DNA of 64,000 nt from Chitinophagia bacterium (GTDB taxonomy: Bacteria; Bacteroidota; Bacteroidia; Chitinophagales; Chitinophagaceae), in NCBI GenBank assembly GCA_009928005.1, contig RFVO01000001.1, positions 2,708 to 66,707 of the forward strand, given 5' to 3'. The notes beneath the pieces are model-generated. The model saw nothing but the letters and a program-made list of their open reading frames with translations. It was not told the origin of the DNA and did no database searches. A program made the position numbers and the translations under genes. This document shows positions 27,346 through 38,472 of the stretch, piece by piece. Every line of letters begins with the position of its first letter. Position 1 is the first letter of the stretch.

Positions 27346-29271
27346 ATGGCCTTTATGAAAATATTAGTGGCATTCATTCTTCTTTGGCCTTTTGTTGGAT
27401 TCTTATTCAATGGACTAGGTAGAAATTATTGGAGTAAGAAAATAATTGCTTATAAGGCTACTGGCTATATTGTAGCTTCTTTTATAGCAAGCGTAATTGC
27501 TTTTTTGCATGTACAAACTTATGGTGCAGTGACGGTGCATTACTTTGACTTCATTCATACTGCTAGTTTAACGATACCTTTCGACTTTAAAGTAGACGCC
27601 CTTTCTTCTTTATTTTTATTAGTCATTACAGGAGTAGGTTCTTTAATACATTTATATTCTACTGCTTATATGCAGGAAGAATCGGCTCCACACTATGCAA
27701 GGTATTTTGCTTATTTGAATTTGTTTATTTTCTCCATGTTATTATTAGTCTTAGGAGATAACTATATAATTATGTTCATGGGTTGGGAAGGAGTGGGCCT
27801 ATGTTCTTATTTATTAATTGGATATTGGTTTTCGAATGGTAATTATAATTATGCTGCGAAGAAAGCCTTTATTATGAATCGTATTGGTGATTTAGGATTT
27901 TTATTAGCTATATTTTGGCTCATTGCTAAATTAGGTACAGTGAGTTATAGCGAAGTCTTAACTGCCGAATCTTTGGCAAAATTATCTAGCGCCGATATTA
28001 CTGGCATTACTTTATTATTATTTGTAGGTGCAATGGGTAAGAGTGCACAAATACCTTTGTTTACTTGGCTACCTGATGCGATGGCGGGTCCTACACCTGT
28101 ATCTGCATTAATACATGCGGCCACCATGGTAACCGCTGGTATTTATATGATAACAAGAAGTAATATTTTATTTAGTCATAGTGAGACTACGCAAAATATT
28201 GTTGCTATTATTGGTATTAGCACAGCTTTATTAGCAGCTACTATCGCTATTAAGCAAAACGATATTAAAAAAGTATTGGCTTACTCTACAGTAAGTCAGT
28301 TAGGATATATGTTTTTAGGTTTAGGTGTAGGTGCTTATTCTGGCGCAGTATTTCATGTAATTACCCATGCATTTTTTAAAGCTTTATTATTCTTGGGTGC
28401 AGGTTCTGTAATTCATGCAATGCATCATGAACAAGATATTAGAAAAATGGGTGGATTAAAATCGAAGCTACCTATTACTCACATTACTTTTTTAATAGGC
28501 TGTATTGCTATTGCTGGAGTCCCACCATTTAGCGGCTTCTTTTCTAAAGACGAAATACTAGCAGCTGCTTTTGAAAAAAATAAAATTTATTGGGTCTTAG
28601 GTTTAGTGGGGGCTGCGATGACTGCTTTTTATATGTTCCGTTTATACACCACTACTTTTTTAGGAAAGTTTAGAGGTAGTCATGAACAAGAAGCGCATTT
28701 GCATGAAAGCCCTCTTGCGATGACTTTACCCTTAATAGTTTTAGCTATACTTAGTGCAGTGGGTGGGGCCATTGGTATTCCTGAAATAATGGGAGGTCAT
28801 CATTGGTTAACTGGACAACTAAGCACAATTGTAAGCACACCTCATGAAGCTAGTTTATCTGTATCTACTGAGTGGATCTTAATGAGTGTGTCGGTAGCTA
28901 TAGCAGCCATTGCATTAATTATTGCTTTATTAAAATATACTAAGCAAACCGACGAAGAGCCAAGCTCAGCAATAGGAAAATTCTTTTATCATAAATGGTA
29001 TATAGACGAGTTCTATCAAAAAACCATCATTGAACCATTGAATGAATTTGCACTATTTCTAAAAGAATTTATTGAAAAGAAAGTCATTGATGGAGCCGTA
29101 AATGGAACCGGCAAGTTGGTTCAATTTAGTGCTAGAAAAGTAAGGCTCATACAAAATGGCCAAGCGGGCTACTATATATTATTTATGGTATTGGGCATCA
29201 TTACCCTTTTTCTAATCTGGTTCAATGATATTAATATTTTACGATTCATTCATACATTGACTCAATCATAA
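27346..29271 (+). CDS. nuoL: NADH-quinone oxidoreductase subunit L
   Basis: ND5-like antiporter subunit with GWEGVGLCSYLLIGYW and GKSAQIPLFTWLPDAMAGPTPVSALIHAATMV. Confidence 0.96.
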   Translation: MAFMKILVAFILLWPFVGFLFNGLGRNYWSKKIIAYKATGYIVASFIASVIAFLHVQTYGAVTVHYFDFIHTASLTIPFDFKVDALSSLFLLVITGVGSLIHLYSTAYMQEESAPHYARYFAYLNLFIFSMLLLVLGDNYIIMFMGWEGVGLCSYLLIGYWFSNGNYNYAAKKAFIMNRIGDLGFLLAIFWLIAKLGTVSYSEVLTAESLAKLSSADITGITLLLFVGAMGKSAQIPLFTWLPDAMAGPTPVSALIHAATMVTAGIYMITRSNILFSHSETTQNIVAIIGISTALLAATIAIKQNDIKKVLAYSTVSQLGYMFLGLGVGAYSGAVFHVITHAFFKALLFLGAGSVIHAMHHEQDIRKMGGLKSKLPITHITFLIGCIAIAGVPPFSGFFSKDEILAAAFEKNKIYWVLGLVGAAMTAFYMFRLYTTTFLGKFRGSHEQEAHLHESPLAMTLPLIVLAILSAVGGAIGIPEIMGGHHWLTGQLSTIVSTPHEASLSVSTEWILMSVSVAIAAIALIIALLKYTKQTDEEPSSAIGKFFYHKWYIDEFYQKTIIEPLNEFALFLKEFIEKKVIDGAVNGTGKLVQFSARKVRLIQNGQAGYYILFMVLGIITLFLIWFNDINILRFIHTLTQS

Positions 29272-29283
29272 TAAGCAATAACT

Positions 29284-30702
29284 ATGTTAATTACATTTCT
29301 ACTCATACCAATTTTGACAGCTATTGTACTTTTGTTTATCAAAAAAGATACTTTGGCTTTTCAAACTGCAATTGCTGCAAGTTTGGCAACATTGGCATTA
29401 GCGGTTTTTGCTTCTTTCAATAAAGTTGAAACTTTTGATATGTCATGGTTGCCCAATTTGAATAGCCGATTTACCTTACAAGCAGATGGGCTTGCGAAAA
29501 TTTTGATTTTATTATCCTCAATAAGCTTACCTGCTATTTTAATGGCGAGTAATAAAAATGAGTACAAGCAAAAAAATATATTTTTATCTCTTTTACTATT
29601 TACACAAGCTGGTTTAATGGGTGTATTTTTAGCGGGAGATGCATTACTATTTTATTTCTTCTGGGAATTGGCATTAATACCTGTTTACTTTTTATGTTCA
29701 ATTTGGGGAGGGGAGAAACGCATTGCTATAACTTTTAAATTTTTCATCTATACTTTTTTAGGTTCTTTATTTATGCTTATTGGTATTTTGTTTGTCAATG
29801 CGCATACAGTTGAACATAGTTTTTCTATTCAAGCCTTTATACAAGCTAACTTAACTGATGGGCAAAAAATTACAGCCTTTGCTTTATTCTTTGTAGCCTT
29901 TGCTATAAAAATGCCCATCTTCCCTTTACATACTTGGCAACCAGATACCTATGAGCAATCACCTACTCCAGTCACTATGGTCATGAGTGCGGTAATGGTA
30001 AAAATGGGCTTGTATGGAATTTTAAGATGGCTATTACCTTTATTTCCTGTGGCTTTTGCTGCACATACCAATGTGGTTGTATTTTTATCGGTAGTAGGTA
30101 TTTTATATGCTTCATTTATTGCTATACGTCAAGACGATATCAAAAGATTAATTGCTTATTCTTCTATTGCACATATAGGTTTAATGAACGCAGCCATTTT
30201 TTCTGGAACTGGTATTGCTATACAAGGGGCTTTAATTCAATTATTTTCCCATGGTATTAATGTGTTAGGATTATGGATTATTGCCGATATAGTAGAGCAA
30301 CAAACAGGAACAAGATCGATGCAACAAATGGGTGGGCTTGCCAAGAAGCAACCTACTTTAGCTATTTTATTAGTAGGGTTTGCCTTAGCCAATATTGCCA
30401 TGCCATTAACCAATGCTTTTGTGGGTGAATTTTTAATGTTTAATGGTTTATTTATTTTAAATCCTTGGATAGCGGGTTTTGCAGGTATAAGTATTGTTTT
30501 AGCGGCTATTTATACTTTGAATATGGTACAAAAAGTAGCCTACGGTGAAATAAGCGAAAAAATAAATGCCATGCCAGCTCCCAATAAAGCCGCACAATTG
30601 GTATTGATTATTTTATTGATTATTGTTTTTGTTACCGGTGTTTATCCACAACCTTTATTTACTTTAACGGCCGATACTTTACAACAATTAATAGCCAAAT
30701 AA
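29284..30702 (+). CDS. nuoM: NADH-quinone oxidoreductase subunit M
   Basis: ND4-like, with FFWELALIPVYFL and FAIKMPIFPLHTWQPD. Confidence 0.95.
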   Translation: MLITFLLIPILTAIVLLFIKKDTLAFQTAIAASLATLALAVFASFNKVETFDMSWLPNLNSRFTLQADGLAKILILLSSISLPAILMASNKNEYKQKNIFLSLLLFTQAGLMGVFLAGDALLFYFFWELALIPVYFLCSIWGGEKRIAITFKFFIYTFLGSLFMLIGILFVNAHTVEHSFSIQAFIQANLTDGQKITAFALFFVAFAIKMPIFPLHTWQPDTYEQSPTPVTMVMSAVMVKMGLYGILRWLLPLFPVAFAAHTNVVVFLSVVGILYASFIAIRQDDIKRLIAYSSIAHIGLMNAAIFSGTGIAIQGALIQLFSHGINVLGLWIIADIVEQQTGTRSMQQMGGLAKKQPTLAILLVGFALANIAMPLTNAFVGEFLMFNGLFILNPWIAGFAGISIVLAAIYTLNMVQKVAYGEISEKINAMPAPNKAAQLVLIILLIIVFVTGVYPQPLFTLTADTLQQLIAK

Positions 30703-30718
30703 TAAAAACGAATTAGTA

Positions 30719-32104
30719 ATGAATGCAATTATTGTTTCTACGCTCTTAGGTGTCATCATGATGTTTTGTTCATGGGGTATCAAAATTCAAAAAACGCAAC
30801 AAAGCATTGCTTTAGTAGGATTATTTGTTTTGATACTAAGTAATTTGGCTCAATTGAATGGATGGTATGTTATCAATTTTGATACCAAGGGTATGCTCGC
30901 TTTTACTAGATTTGGTTTATACATTAATTCTTTATTTTTTATCATTACTTTTATTTATATCTGGTTGAACGGAGAAGAGATTGCGAAATTCAATAACCAG
31001 GCTGCCGATTTTTATGCATTGTTTTTCTTTATATTATGTGGAGCTAGTATTTTAACATCTTTTGATAATTTATTGATGTTGTTTATAGGTATTGAAATTT
31101 TATCTATTCCTTTATATATTTTAACTGGTGCAGACAAGAAAAATTTATTTAGCAATGAAGCAGCATTAAAGTATTTTTTAATGGGCTCTTTTTCTACAGG
31201 CATTTTATTATTAGGTATAACATTTATTTATGGAGCAACGGGCAGTTTTCATTTAGTAGAGCCTGTACTTAAACCCTCTACTGGCCTACCTGCGGAGCAA
31301 ATGATTTTATCTGCCGGTTTATTACTTGTATTTGCAGCTATGAACTTTAAAGTATCTGCAGCCCCTTTTCATTTTTGGACACCGGATGTGTATGATGGAG
31401 CACCTACTGTTTTTACTTCTTTTATGGCCACGATTGTAAAAGCAGCAGGTTTTATAGCCTTCATTACCATCTTTAATAGTCAGTCGAAGGCCTTAGGATA
31501 TTCATGGGCATTAGTGTTAAGTTTTGTGATTGTGTCTACTTTACTAGTGGGAAATATAGTAGCCGTTTTTCAAAGAAGTGTAAAAAGAATGTTGGCCTAT
31601 TCTAGTATCGCACAGGCAGGATTTATGTTATTTGCTTTATATGGTAAATCAAGTTTTGCACAGGAAGGTATTGTATTATATGCGGTCGTTTATTCTTTAG
31701 CTACAATAGGTGTTTTTGGTGTCTTAATTAAAATGAAAGAAAATAGTTTTGAAGCTTTTAATGGTTTAGCTAAAACCAATCCATTATTAGCCTTTGTTAC
31801 TACAATATTTTTATTCTCACTTGCAGGAATTCCTCTAACGGGAGGTTTCTTTGCTAAGTATTATATGCTCAATGCATTATATGCAGCAGGGGCAGGTCTT
31901 TGGTTAATTATTATTGCAATTTTATTTGCAGCCATTAGTGTCTTTTATTATTTCAAATTAGTACAAGCCATGTATTTTTTTACAGGCAAGCCTGCAATGC
32001 ATGAAGTACCTAAGAAATATACTTATGCGCTTTTATTAATAGCCATTTTGCTACTCATCCTAGGTGTATTCCCTTCCTTAGTATTCAATTATCTATACTT
32101 TTAG
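30719..32104 (+). CDS. nuoN: NADH-quinone oxidoreductase subunit N
   Basis: ND2-like, with FKVSAAPFHFWTPDVYDGAPT. It is the last gene of the operon. Confidence 0.95.
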   Translation: MNAIIVSTLLGVIMMFCSWGIKIQKTQQSIALVGLFVLILSNLAQLNGWYVINFDTKGMLAFTRFGLYINSLFFIITFIYIWLNGEEIAKFNNQAADFYALFFFILCGASILTSFDNLLMLFIGIEILSIPLYILTGADKKNLFSNEAALKYFLMGSFSTGILLLGITFIYGATGSFHLVEPVLKPSTGLPAEQMILSAGLLLVFAAMNFKVSAAPFHFWTPDVYDGAPTVFTSFMATIVKAAGFIAFITIFNSQSKALGYSWALVLSFVIVSTLLVGNIVAVFQRSVKRMLAYSSIAQAGFMLFALYGKSSFAQEGIVLYAVVYSLATIGVFGVLIKMKENSFEAFNGLAKTNPLLAFVTTIFLFSLAGIPLTGGFFAKYYMLNALYAAGAGLWLIIIAILFAAISVFYYFKLVQAMYFFTGKPAMHEVPKKYTYALLLIAILLLILGVFPSLVFNYLYF

Positions 32105-32182
32105 CCGTTCCTCATTTTATAAGGCCCAATAAAGCCATATTGTCGAATCTGTGCTACCTTTAATTTTCATAAATATAGTAGA

Positions 32183-33463
32183 ATGACTATTCAGGACTCT
32201 TTTGTACTCGCTTGGCGCACTGTAAAAAGTAATAAACTTAGAACCGGGATTACGGTGGCTATTATTGCCTTTGGTATTATGGCACTTATCGGAATTATTA
32301 CCGCTATTTCTGCTATGAACCAAAGTTTGAAAGAGAACTTTTCATTTATGGGTGCAAATGCCTTTGTGGTAAGATACAAAGAAATGAATTCAAAAATGAG
32401 AGAACCTGGAAATAGTAGCCCTGAGTTTTCAAAAACTAAAAGAGGTACAAAAGAAAAAAAATCGAATTTAGATAAGCCTATCAAAATTGAGGAAGCGACT
32501 TATTTCAAAGAACATTTTGGATTTAATAGAGCGGCTGTAAGTATTTCCAGAAGAATGGGAGGAAATAATGAACTTCATTATAAGAATAGAAAAACCAATC
32601 CACAAATTTCTTTAATGGGGGGAGATGAAAACTATCTAGCAGTAAATGGTTATTCTTTAACACAAGGCAGAAATTTTAATAATGTTGATATTGCAAGTGG
32701 TCGTAATGTTTGTATCATAGGATCTAATGTAGCTGCTAAATTATTTCCAGGTAGACCAGAAAAATGTATTGACAAGGTTATTTTATTACAAGGGAAGCCC
32801 TACCGTGTAATTGGTTTATTAAAATCAAAGGGTTCTAGTGCCATGCTGCGTCAGGATGATGTGGTTATTTCTTCTTTAAAAAATGTAAGACAGTATCAAG
32901 GAAGTACTTCTTATTCTTTGGGCGTGATGGTGAATAATGTAGCAGAATTGGAGCCAGCTATTGGAGAGACAACCGATCAAATGAGAAAAGCTAGAAGATT
33001 AATTCCTTCTGAGTCCGATAATTTTGTCATTGAAAAGAGTGATAAATTTGCATCTATGTTTATTGGCTTTTTAGCAGGTATTAGTGGTGCAGCGGGGGCT
33101 ATTGGTATGATTACTTTAATTGGGGCAGCCATTGGTCTTATGAATATTATGCTAGTGGCAGTCAGTGAAAGAACCAGAGAAGTGGGATTGATAAAAGCCA
33201 TTGGAGGTAAAAGAAAAGATGTGCGTCGTCAATTTTTATTTGAAAGTATTTTGATTAGTATTTTAGGCGCCATTTTTGGTATTATTTTGGGCGTTCTCGT
33301 GGGTAATATATTTAGCCTTGTTTTAGGTACTGGATTTGTGGTACCTTGGATCTGGGTAATAATAGGTATTGTCATTTGTTCTGTTGTAGGACTTGTGGCA
33401 GGTATTTATCCTGCGATGAAAGCATCTGCTTTAAATCCGATTGATGCACTTAGATATGAATAG
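32183..33463 (+). CDS. ABC transporter permease, MacB/FtsX family (no adjacent ATPase)
   Basis: N-terminal TM, a MacB-like periplasmic domain, then a C-terminal FtsX 3-TM module ending YPAMKASALNPIDALRYE. Confidence 0.85.
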   Translation: MTIQDSFVLAWRTVKSNKLRTGITVAIIAFGIMALIGIITAISAMNQSLKENFSFMGANAFVVRYKEMNSKMREPGNSSPEFSKTKRGTKEKKSNLDKPIKIEEATYFKEHFGFNRAAVSISRRMGGNNELHYKNRKTNPQISLMGGDENYLAVNGYSLTQGRNFNNVDIASGRNVCIIGSNVAAKLFPGRPEKCIDKVILLQGKPYRVIGLLKSKGSSAMLRQDDVVISSLKNVRQYQGSTSYSLGVMVNNVAELEPAIGETTDQMRKARRLIPSESDNFVIEKSDKFASMFIGFLAGISGAAGAIGMITLIGAAIGLMNIMLVAVSERTREVGLIKAIGGKRKDVRRQFLFESILISILGAIFGIILGVLVGNIFSLVLGTGFVVPWIWVIIGIVICSVVGLVAGIYPAMKASALNPIDALRYE

Positions 33464-33531
33464 TTTTTAAATAAAAAATTACGACAAGTATAAAAAAACT
33501 TCCTGTACAATTAAATTGTTTTTTGCATTTT

Positions 33532-36030
33532 TTATTTAGGGTCTAATGCTTTTTTAATTCTGTCTTTTAAATCATCGTAGTGACTTTGCGTAGCGGGATC
33601 GGCACTTGAACTTGCTTTTAAGTTCGCAGCTAATTTTCTTAATTGCACTTTAGCTTCAGAAACAACATCCGTGTTTTCAACATCCACAGAAGCCGATCTA
33701 AAAGGCGTAGTTGAACTTACATTCATTACAGGCGGTTTGATTAAATCTTCTAATTGACTCACGTAGGTCTTTTGTAAATTTCTTCTAAATACATCTGTAG
33801 CCTTTTGAGTAGTTAATTCACTAAACAATCCTTTTCTTGTATCTTCCATCATTTCATGCAATGCATAGGTAGCATTACCAAAACGTGAATAAGAATTATT
33901 TAAACGAAGTAGGCGTCCTTTATCTAATAAACTTTTTAAAGTATTGGTTTGAATACTTTGAATACGCTCATTAGCGGCAGGATTATTTATTTTATTTAAA
34001 ATAGAATAATCTAATAACCATTTAGGAGTTGTAAATAATTGAGTTTGTAAAAAAGCCATTGCAGCTTTTTGCATCGCCACAGGCGTTGGTGTATATACAT
34101 CACCTTGCTCTTCTACACTTTTGAATGTTTCATATACACCTCCAATATTTTTACTAACATGTCCCATGTATCTACTAAATTGACTTGTTAATTGTAAATA
34201 CATATCAGCTAAGTTCTCGTATTTGTCTGCTTCTTCTTTTGTCCAAGCAGGTAAGTTGGTTAAAACTCTTTTTAAATTTTTGATTCCATATTCGCTAGCT
34301 ACTACAGCATTATCACTAAGGTCTTCTGTTTGTGCACGAGGATCATATCCAAATCCTTCCCCACCAAACCATAAACGAGGATTATTTTTTAAGTTCTCTA
34401 CAATCCATTTATTATTTATTTTTTTATCAGCTTCTACATCATTCAATCCTGTATAGGTATAACCCCATTGAATGGCCCATTTATCGTAAGCACCTATATG
34501 TGCAAATAATTCATTTTGCGCAATTCCATCTTCTGGTTGTGCAACATAATTAAAACGTGCATAGTCCATGATAGAGGCGGTATGTCCATTTTTAGCTAAC
34601 CATTCTTTATCTCTTAATTTTTCAACAGGTGTTTTACTACTACTACCCATATTATGTCTAAGGCCTAATGTGTGTCCTACTTCATGTACAGCCACAAATC
34701 GAACTAATTTTATCATTAAGCTATCATCCAATATCATTTTTCTAGCAGTAGGATCGCTAGCGCCCGCTTGAATCATATACCAATCGTGTTGTAGTTTCAA
34801 AATATTATGATACCAGCCAATATGACTTTCTAAAATTTCACCACTTCTTGGATCGTGTATCTGAGGTCCGTATGCATTTTCTATATCAGATGCAAAATAG
34901 CGTATGACAGAAAAACGGGCATCTTCTAAACTCATAGTACTATCGTTAGGCCACTCTTTTCCTTGAATGGCATTTTTCCATCCTGCTTTTTCAAATGCAA
35001 TATTCCAATCATTCACACCTTGTATTAAACCAGCTACCCATTTTTTTGGTGTAGCGGGGTCGATATAATAGATAATTGGTTTTGCAGGCTCTACTAATAT
35101 TCCTTGCTTATATTTCTCTACATCTTCTGGCTTAGGCTCTAATCTATATCTTACTGCAAAAGTTTGTTCATCTACTTTTTGTTGATCATCTGAGTAAACA
35201 GTAAAATTATCTGCGAAATACCCCACTCTTGAATCAAACAAGCGTCTATTCATTGGAATTTTTGGAAGTAATAATATAGAAGTGTTTAATTCTAAGGTTA
35301 CTGCTCCAGCGTTTTGCGCAGCGGGAATACCAGGTCCACTCGGCCCAGCCATTGAACCACCACCACCACTTGCGGAATAGGTTTTTACAGTTTTTACTTC
35401 AATATTGGTTGGGTAGGTTTTAATGCTTTCGATATAAGACCTGTCTGAGGCTAGACCTGATAAGCTAAAGCTTCTTTTTGCAGAACTATTCAGGCTAACG
35501 GCTTGGTTATCCCCTTTAAAAAAATCGGTAACCTCAATAACAGAGCTAGTTGAGTCCTTGCCATAGGCCTTTATTTCAAAGGCAGCTACAATGGGGTCTA
35601 AATTGGAGTTTTTAACTGCTTTGACAATGGTTTGGGTAGAATCGGCTGTATTAATTAAAGTTACTACCCGCATGAAAATTCTTTGGCCTGGGCCCTTTTC
35701 AAACTGAAGGGTTTGTTCATTTGCCACTTCGCCACCATATTTATAGGCACCTGCAGCCACTTTTGCAAACCTGGTAACAGCAATTAACTCTCGACCTAAA
35801 AGGCTGTCTGGGATCTCAAAATAGTACTTATCGTCTTGAAAATGAACAGTAAACACCCCTTTTTGGCTTACGGCCTTCTTGGAAATGATATCTGCAAAGG
35901 CTTTTGGCCCTTGTTTTGTTGCTGTTTCTTTTTTAGGGCCAGCGCTAATGCCGGTGCTATCAGATTTTTGAGCCAAAATAGGGAAGAAGCCTAGTAGAAA
36001 TAGTGCTGAAAACAGGAGGTTTTTTTTCAT
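33532..36030 (-). CDS. secreted zinc-dependent metalloprotease (Bacteroidota DUF5117/DUF4953-type Met-zincin)
   Basis: Signal peptide. Zincin motif VAVHEVGHTLGLRHNMGSS. Length is 832 aa. Confidence 0.85.
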   Translation of the reverse strand: MKKNLLFSALFLLGFFPILAQKSDSTGISAGPKKETATKQGPKAFADIISKKAVSQKGVFTVHFQDDKYYFEIPDSLLGRELIAVTRFAKVAAGAYKYGGEVANEQTLQFEKGPGQRIFMRVVTLINTADSTQTIVKAVKNSNLDPIVAAFEIKAYGKDSTSSVIEVTDFFKGDNQAVSLNSSAKRSFSLSGLASDRSYIESIKTYPTNIEVKTVKTYSASGGGGSMAGPSGPGIPAAQNAGAVTLELNTSILLLPKIPMNRRLFDSRVGYFADNFTVYSDDQQKVDEQTFAVRYRLEPKPEDVEKYKQGILVEPAKPIIYYIDPATPKKWVAGLIQGVNDWNIAFEKAGWKNAIQGKEWPNDSTMSLEDARFSVIRYFASDIENAYGPQIHDPRSGEILESHIGWYHNILKLQHDWYMIQAGASDPTARKMILDDSLMIKLVRFVAVHEVGHTLGLRHNMGSSSKTPVEKLRDKEWLAKNGHTASIMDYARFNYVAQPEDGIAQNELFAHIGAYDKWAIQWGYTYTGLNDVEADKKINNKWIVENLKNNPRLWFGGEGFGYDPRAQTEDLSDNAVVASEYGIKNLKRVLTNLPAWTKEEADKYENLADMYLQLTSQFSRYMGHVSKNIGGVYETFKSVEEQGDVYTPTPVAMQKAAMAFLQTQLFTTPKWLLDYSILNKINNPAANERIQSIQTNTLKSLLDKGRLLRLNNSYSRFGNATYALHEMMEDTRKGLFSELTTQKATDVFRRNLQKTYVSQLEDLIKPPVMNVSSTTPFRSASVDVENTDVVSEAKVQLRKLAANLKASSSADPATQSHYDDLKDRIKKALDPK

Positions 36031-36267
36031 ATTAAATTTTAATTAGTATTGTATATGGGGTAGTGAATATAATAGGTTTTTGCCAACGCAAGTTAGTTTA
36101 AATAATTTTTTTAAAAATTAACACACTAAGTTTGTTTCAACCAATAAATTACTTATTTTGTAAGCCCTTAGAAACTAGTGAGAAAAGATTTAAGTGAATC
36201 TAACACATAGCTAAAAGGAATAATTTCTTTAATAAATTTTTATTTAAAACCAAAAATCAATTGAATC

Positions 36268-37125
36268 ATGGCTGAGATTAAATCAACTGCAACAGCTGCT
36301 TCTAAGAAAACAGCACAGCCGCAAGAAGGCGGTAACTTGATTGCAACTTTAGCACCAATCGCTTGTATCGTAGCAGGTTATGTTATCTGGCGTTTTGTGT
36401 TGGGTAACGCAAGTAACTTTACAAACCCAGACCCTAGTGGTGGTTTCTGGCCTACACACAAAGGACCAAAAGGTACATTTACAAAAATGTATGAAGGTGG
36501 TATCGTTGTGCCAATTTTGATTGGTAGCTTATTAATCGTTTTAACTTTCGTAATTGAAAGATTATTAACTATTAGAAAAGCAGCAGGAAATGGTAACATT
36601 ACTGAGTTCATCCGTAAAGTACAATTCCAATTAGCCAATAAAGAAGTTGACAAAGCTATTGCAGAGTGTGACAAGCAAAAAGGTTCTGTAGGTAATGTTA
36701 TGAAGTCTGGTTTGACTAAGTACAAAGAGATGATATCTAATACAGAATTAGATACTGATCAAAAAGTATTAAACATTCAAAAGGAAATCGAAGAAGCAAC
36801 TGCTTTAGAATTACCTATGTTAGAAAAGAACTTAGTATTCTTATCAACTATTGCATCAGTAGCAACCTTATTAGGTTTGTTCGGTACGGTATTAGGTATG
36901 ATTCGTTCTTTCTCTAAATTAGGAGAAGAAGGTGGTGGAGAAGCTGCACGTGAATTATCTCAAGGTATCTCTGAGGCCTTATATAATACTGCATTAGGTA
37001 TTGGTACTTCTGCTGTCGCTATTATTATGTACAACGTCTTTACTACAAGAATTGACGGTATTACATATGGTATCGATGAGTCTGGATTTACTTTAACTCA
37101 AAGCTTCGCTGCTAACTACAAATAG
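36268..37125 (+). CDS. exbB: MotA/TolQ/ExbB proton-channel protein
   Basis: C-terminal channel block LSTIASVATLLGLFGTVLGMIRSF...EALYNTALGI. Confidence 0.9.
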   Translation: MAEIKSTATAASKKTAQPQEGGNLIATLAPIACIVAGYVIWRFVLGNASNFTNPDPSGGFWPTHKGPKGTFTKMYEGGIVVPILIGSLLIVLTFVIERLLTIRKAAGNGNITEFIRKVQFQLANKEVDKAIAECDKQKGSVGNVMKSGLTKYKEMISNTELDTDQKVLNIQKEIEEATALELPMLEKNLVFLSTIASVATLLGLFGTVLGMIRSFSKLGEEGGGEAARELSQGISEALYNTALGIGTSAVAIIMYNVFTTRIDGITYGIDESGFTLTQSFAANYK

Positions 37126-37199
37126 TAATAAAACTAAGTAGTACAAATATTAATTAATAATTAAGGAATTAAATCCTTAAAATTTTAAAAGACTATACA

Positions 37200-37847
37200 A
37201 TGGGTAGAGCCAAATTGCCTCGTAAGAGTACCACCATCGACATGACAGCCATGTGCGATGTGGCCTTCCTTTTATTGTCTTTCTTTATCTTGACAACGAA
37301 ATTCAAACCTTCTGAAGCAATTGCAGTAACTACACCCAGTTCGGTGTCTTCTAAAGTTGCTCCTAATAAGGATTTTGTTTTAATTACCATTGATAAAGAC
37401 GGCAAAGTATTTCTTACTATAGATGATAAGCAAAAAAGAGAAACCATCGCTAATTCTTTAAATGCAACTAGAAATTTAGGAATTGATGTAGCTGCTTTCA
37501 AGAGTGCAAACTTTATAGGCGCTTCCTTTAGCGGTTTAAAATCTTTCTTATCTATCTCAGAAGAAAATAGAAAAGGAGACCAACTTCCTGGCATTCCATG
37601 TAAGGATAGTACAGATAATGAATTGATCGTTTGGATGCAAGTAGTAAATGAAGCTTATGCTGGTTCCAAATTGGATCTCTTGTTAAAAGGAGATAACGTA
37701 GCCAAATATCCAGCATTTAAAAATGTACTTACTGCATTTAAAAGAAATAATATTCAGAAATTTCAAATGGTAACCAATCCTGAAAATGCGCCAGTAGGTT
37801 CAGAATTGTACCAAAAATCCATGAGTGGAGAAAAACAGGAAAACTAA
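37200..37847 (+). CDS. exbD: ExbD/TolR biopolymer transport protein (long paralogue 1)
   Basis: IDMTAMCDVAFLLLSFFIL, the ExbD TM motif. Length is 215 aa. Confidence 0.85.
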   Translation: MGRAKLPRKSTTIDMTAMCDVAFLLLSFFILTTKFKPSEAIAVTTPSSVSSKVAPNKDFVLITIDKDGKVFLTIDDKQKRETIANSLNATRNLGIDVAAFKSANFIGASFSGLKSFLSISEENRKGDQLPGIPCKDSTDNELIVWMQVVNEAYAGSKLDLLLKGDNVAKYPAFKNVLTAFKRNNIQKFQMVTNPENAPVGSELYQKSMSGEKQEN

Positions 37848-37875
37848 ATTATAAACTAATTAAAAGCTATTTACT

Positions 37876-38460
37876 ATGGCAGAATTAGATACCTCAGGTG
37901 GGGGACATAAAAAGAAAGGACCAGGGGTCAAAAAAGGGAAAAAATTATCTACGCGTGTCGATTTGACACCCATGGTTGATTTGGGTTTCCTTTTGATTAC
38001 CTTTTTCATTTTTACCACTACCATGAGTCAACCTACAGCAATGAAGTTGATTTTGCCTGATGATAAAGTTAAACCTGAAGAGCAAAACAAAGCAAAAGAA
38101 TCAGGTGCTTTAACCATCTTAATGGGGGATGATAATCACATATATTATTACGAAGGTCAATTAAAGCCAGATGCTTCTAATTTTCTTTCAGCATCTTATA
38201 ATGGAGAGAATTCTATTCGTGAAGTCATCATGAAAAAGAAAGTGCAAGTAAGAAGTATTGCACAAGACCCCAGTGATCCTGAAAAGGATTTAGTGATTGT
38301 TATTAAACCAAGTTCAAAATGTAATTACAAAAACGTAATTGATATTTTAGATGAAATGTCAATCAACGTGGTAAAAAAATATGCACTAGTAGATATTTTT
38401 GACATTGAAGAACAACTGGTTCAAAAATCAGACGCGAACGCAAAATCTTCTAGCAATTAA
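37876..38460 (+). CDS. exbD: ExbD/TolR biopolymer transport protein (paralogue 2)
   Basis: VDLTPMVDLGFLLITFFIF. Length is 194 aa. Confidence 0.85.
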   Translation: MAELDTSGGGHKKKGPGVKKGKKLSTRVDLTPMVDLGFLLITFFIFTTTMSQPTAMKLILPDDKVKPEEQNKAKESGALTILMGDDNHIYYYEGQLKPDASNFLSASYNGENSIREVIMKKKVQVRSIAQDPSDPEKDLVIVIKPSSKCNYKNVIDILDEMSINVVKKYALVDIFDIEEQLVQKSDANAKSSSN

Positions 38461-38472
38461 AAGCATTTAACA

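Noticed and set aside
37161-37180. 7-bp hairpin TTAAGGA-attaaa-TCCTTAA between exbB and exbD
   Set aside because: The stem is short and AT-rich, and it sits inside an obvious operon. Its function cannot be inferred.
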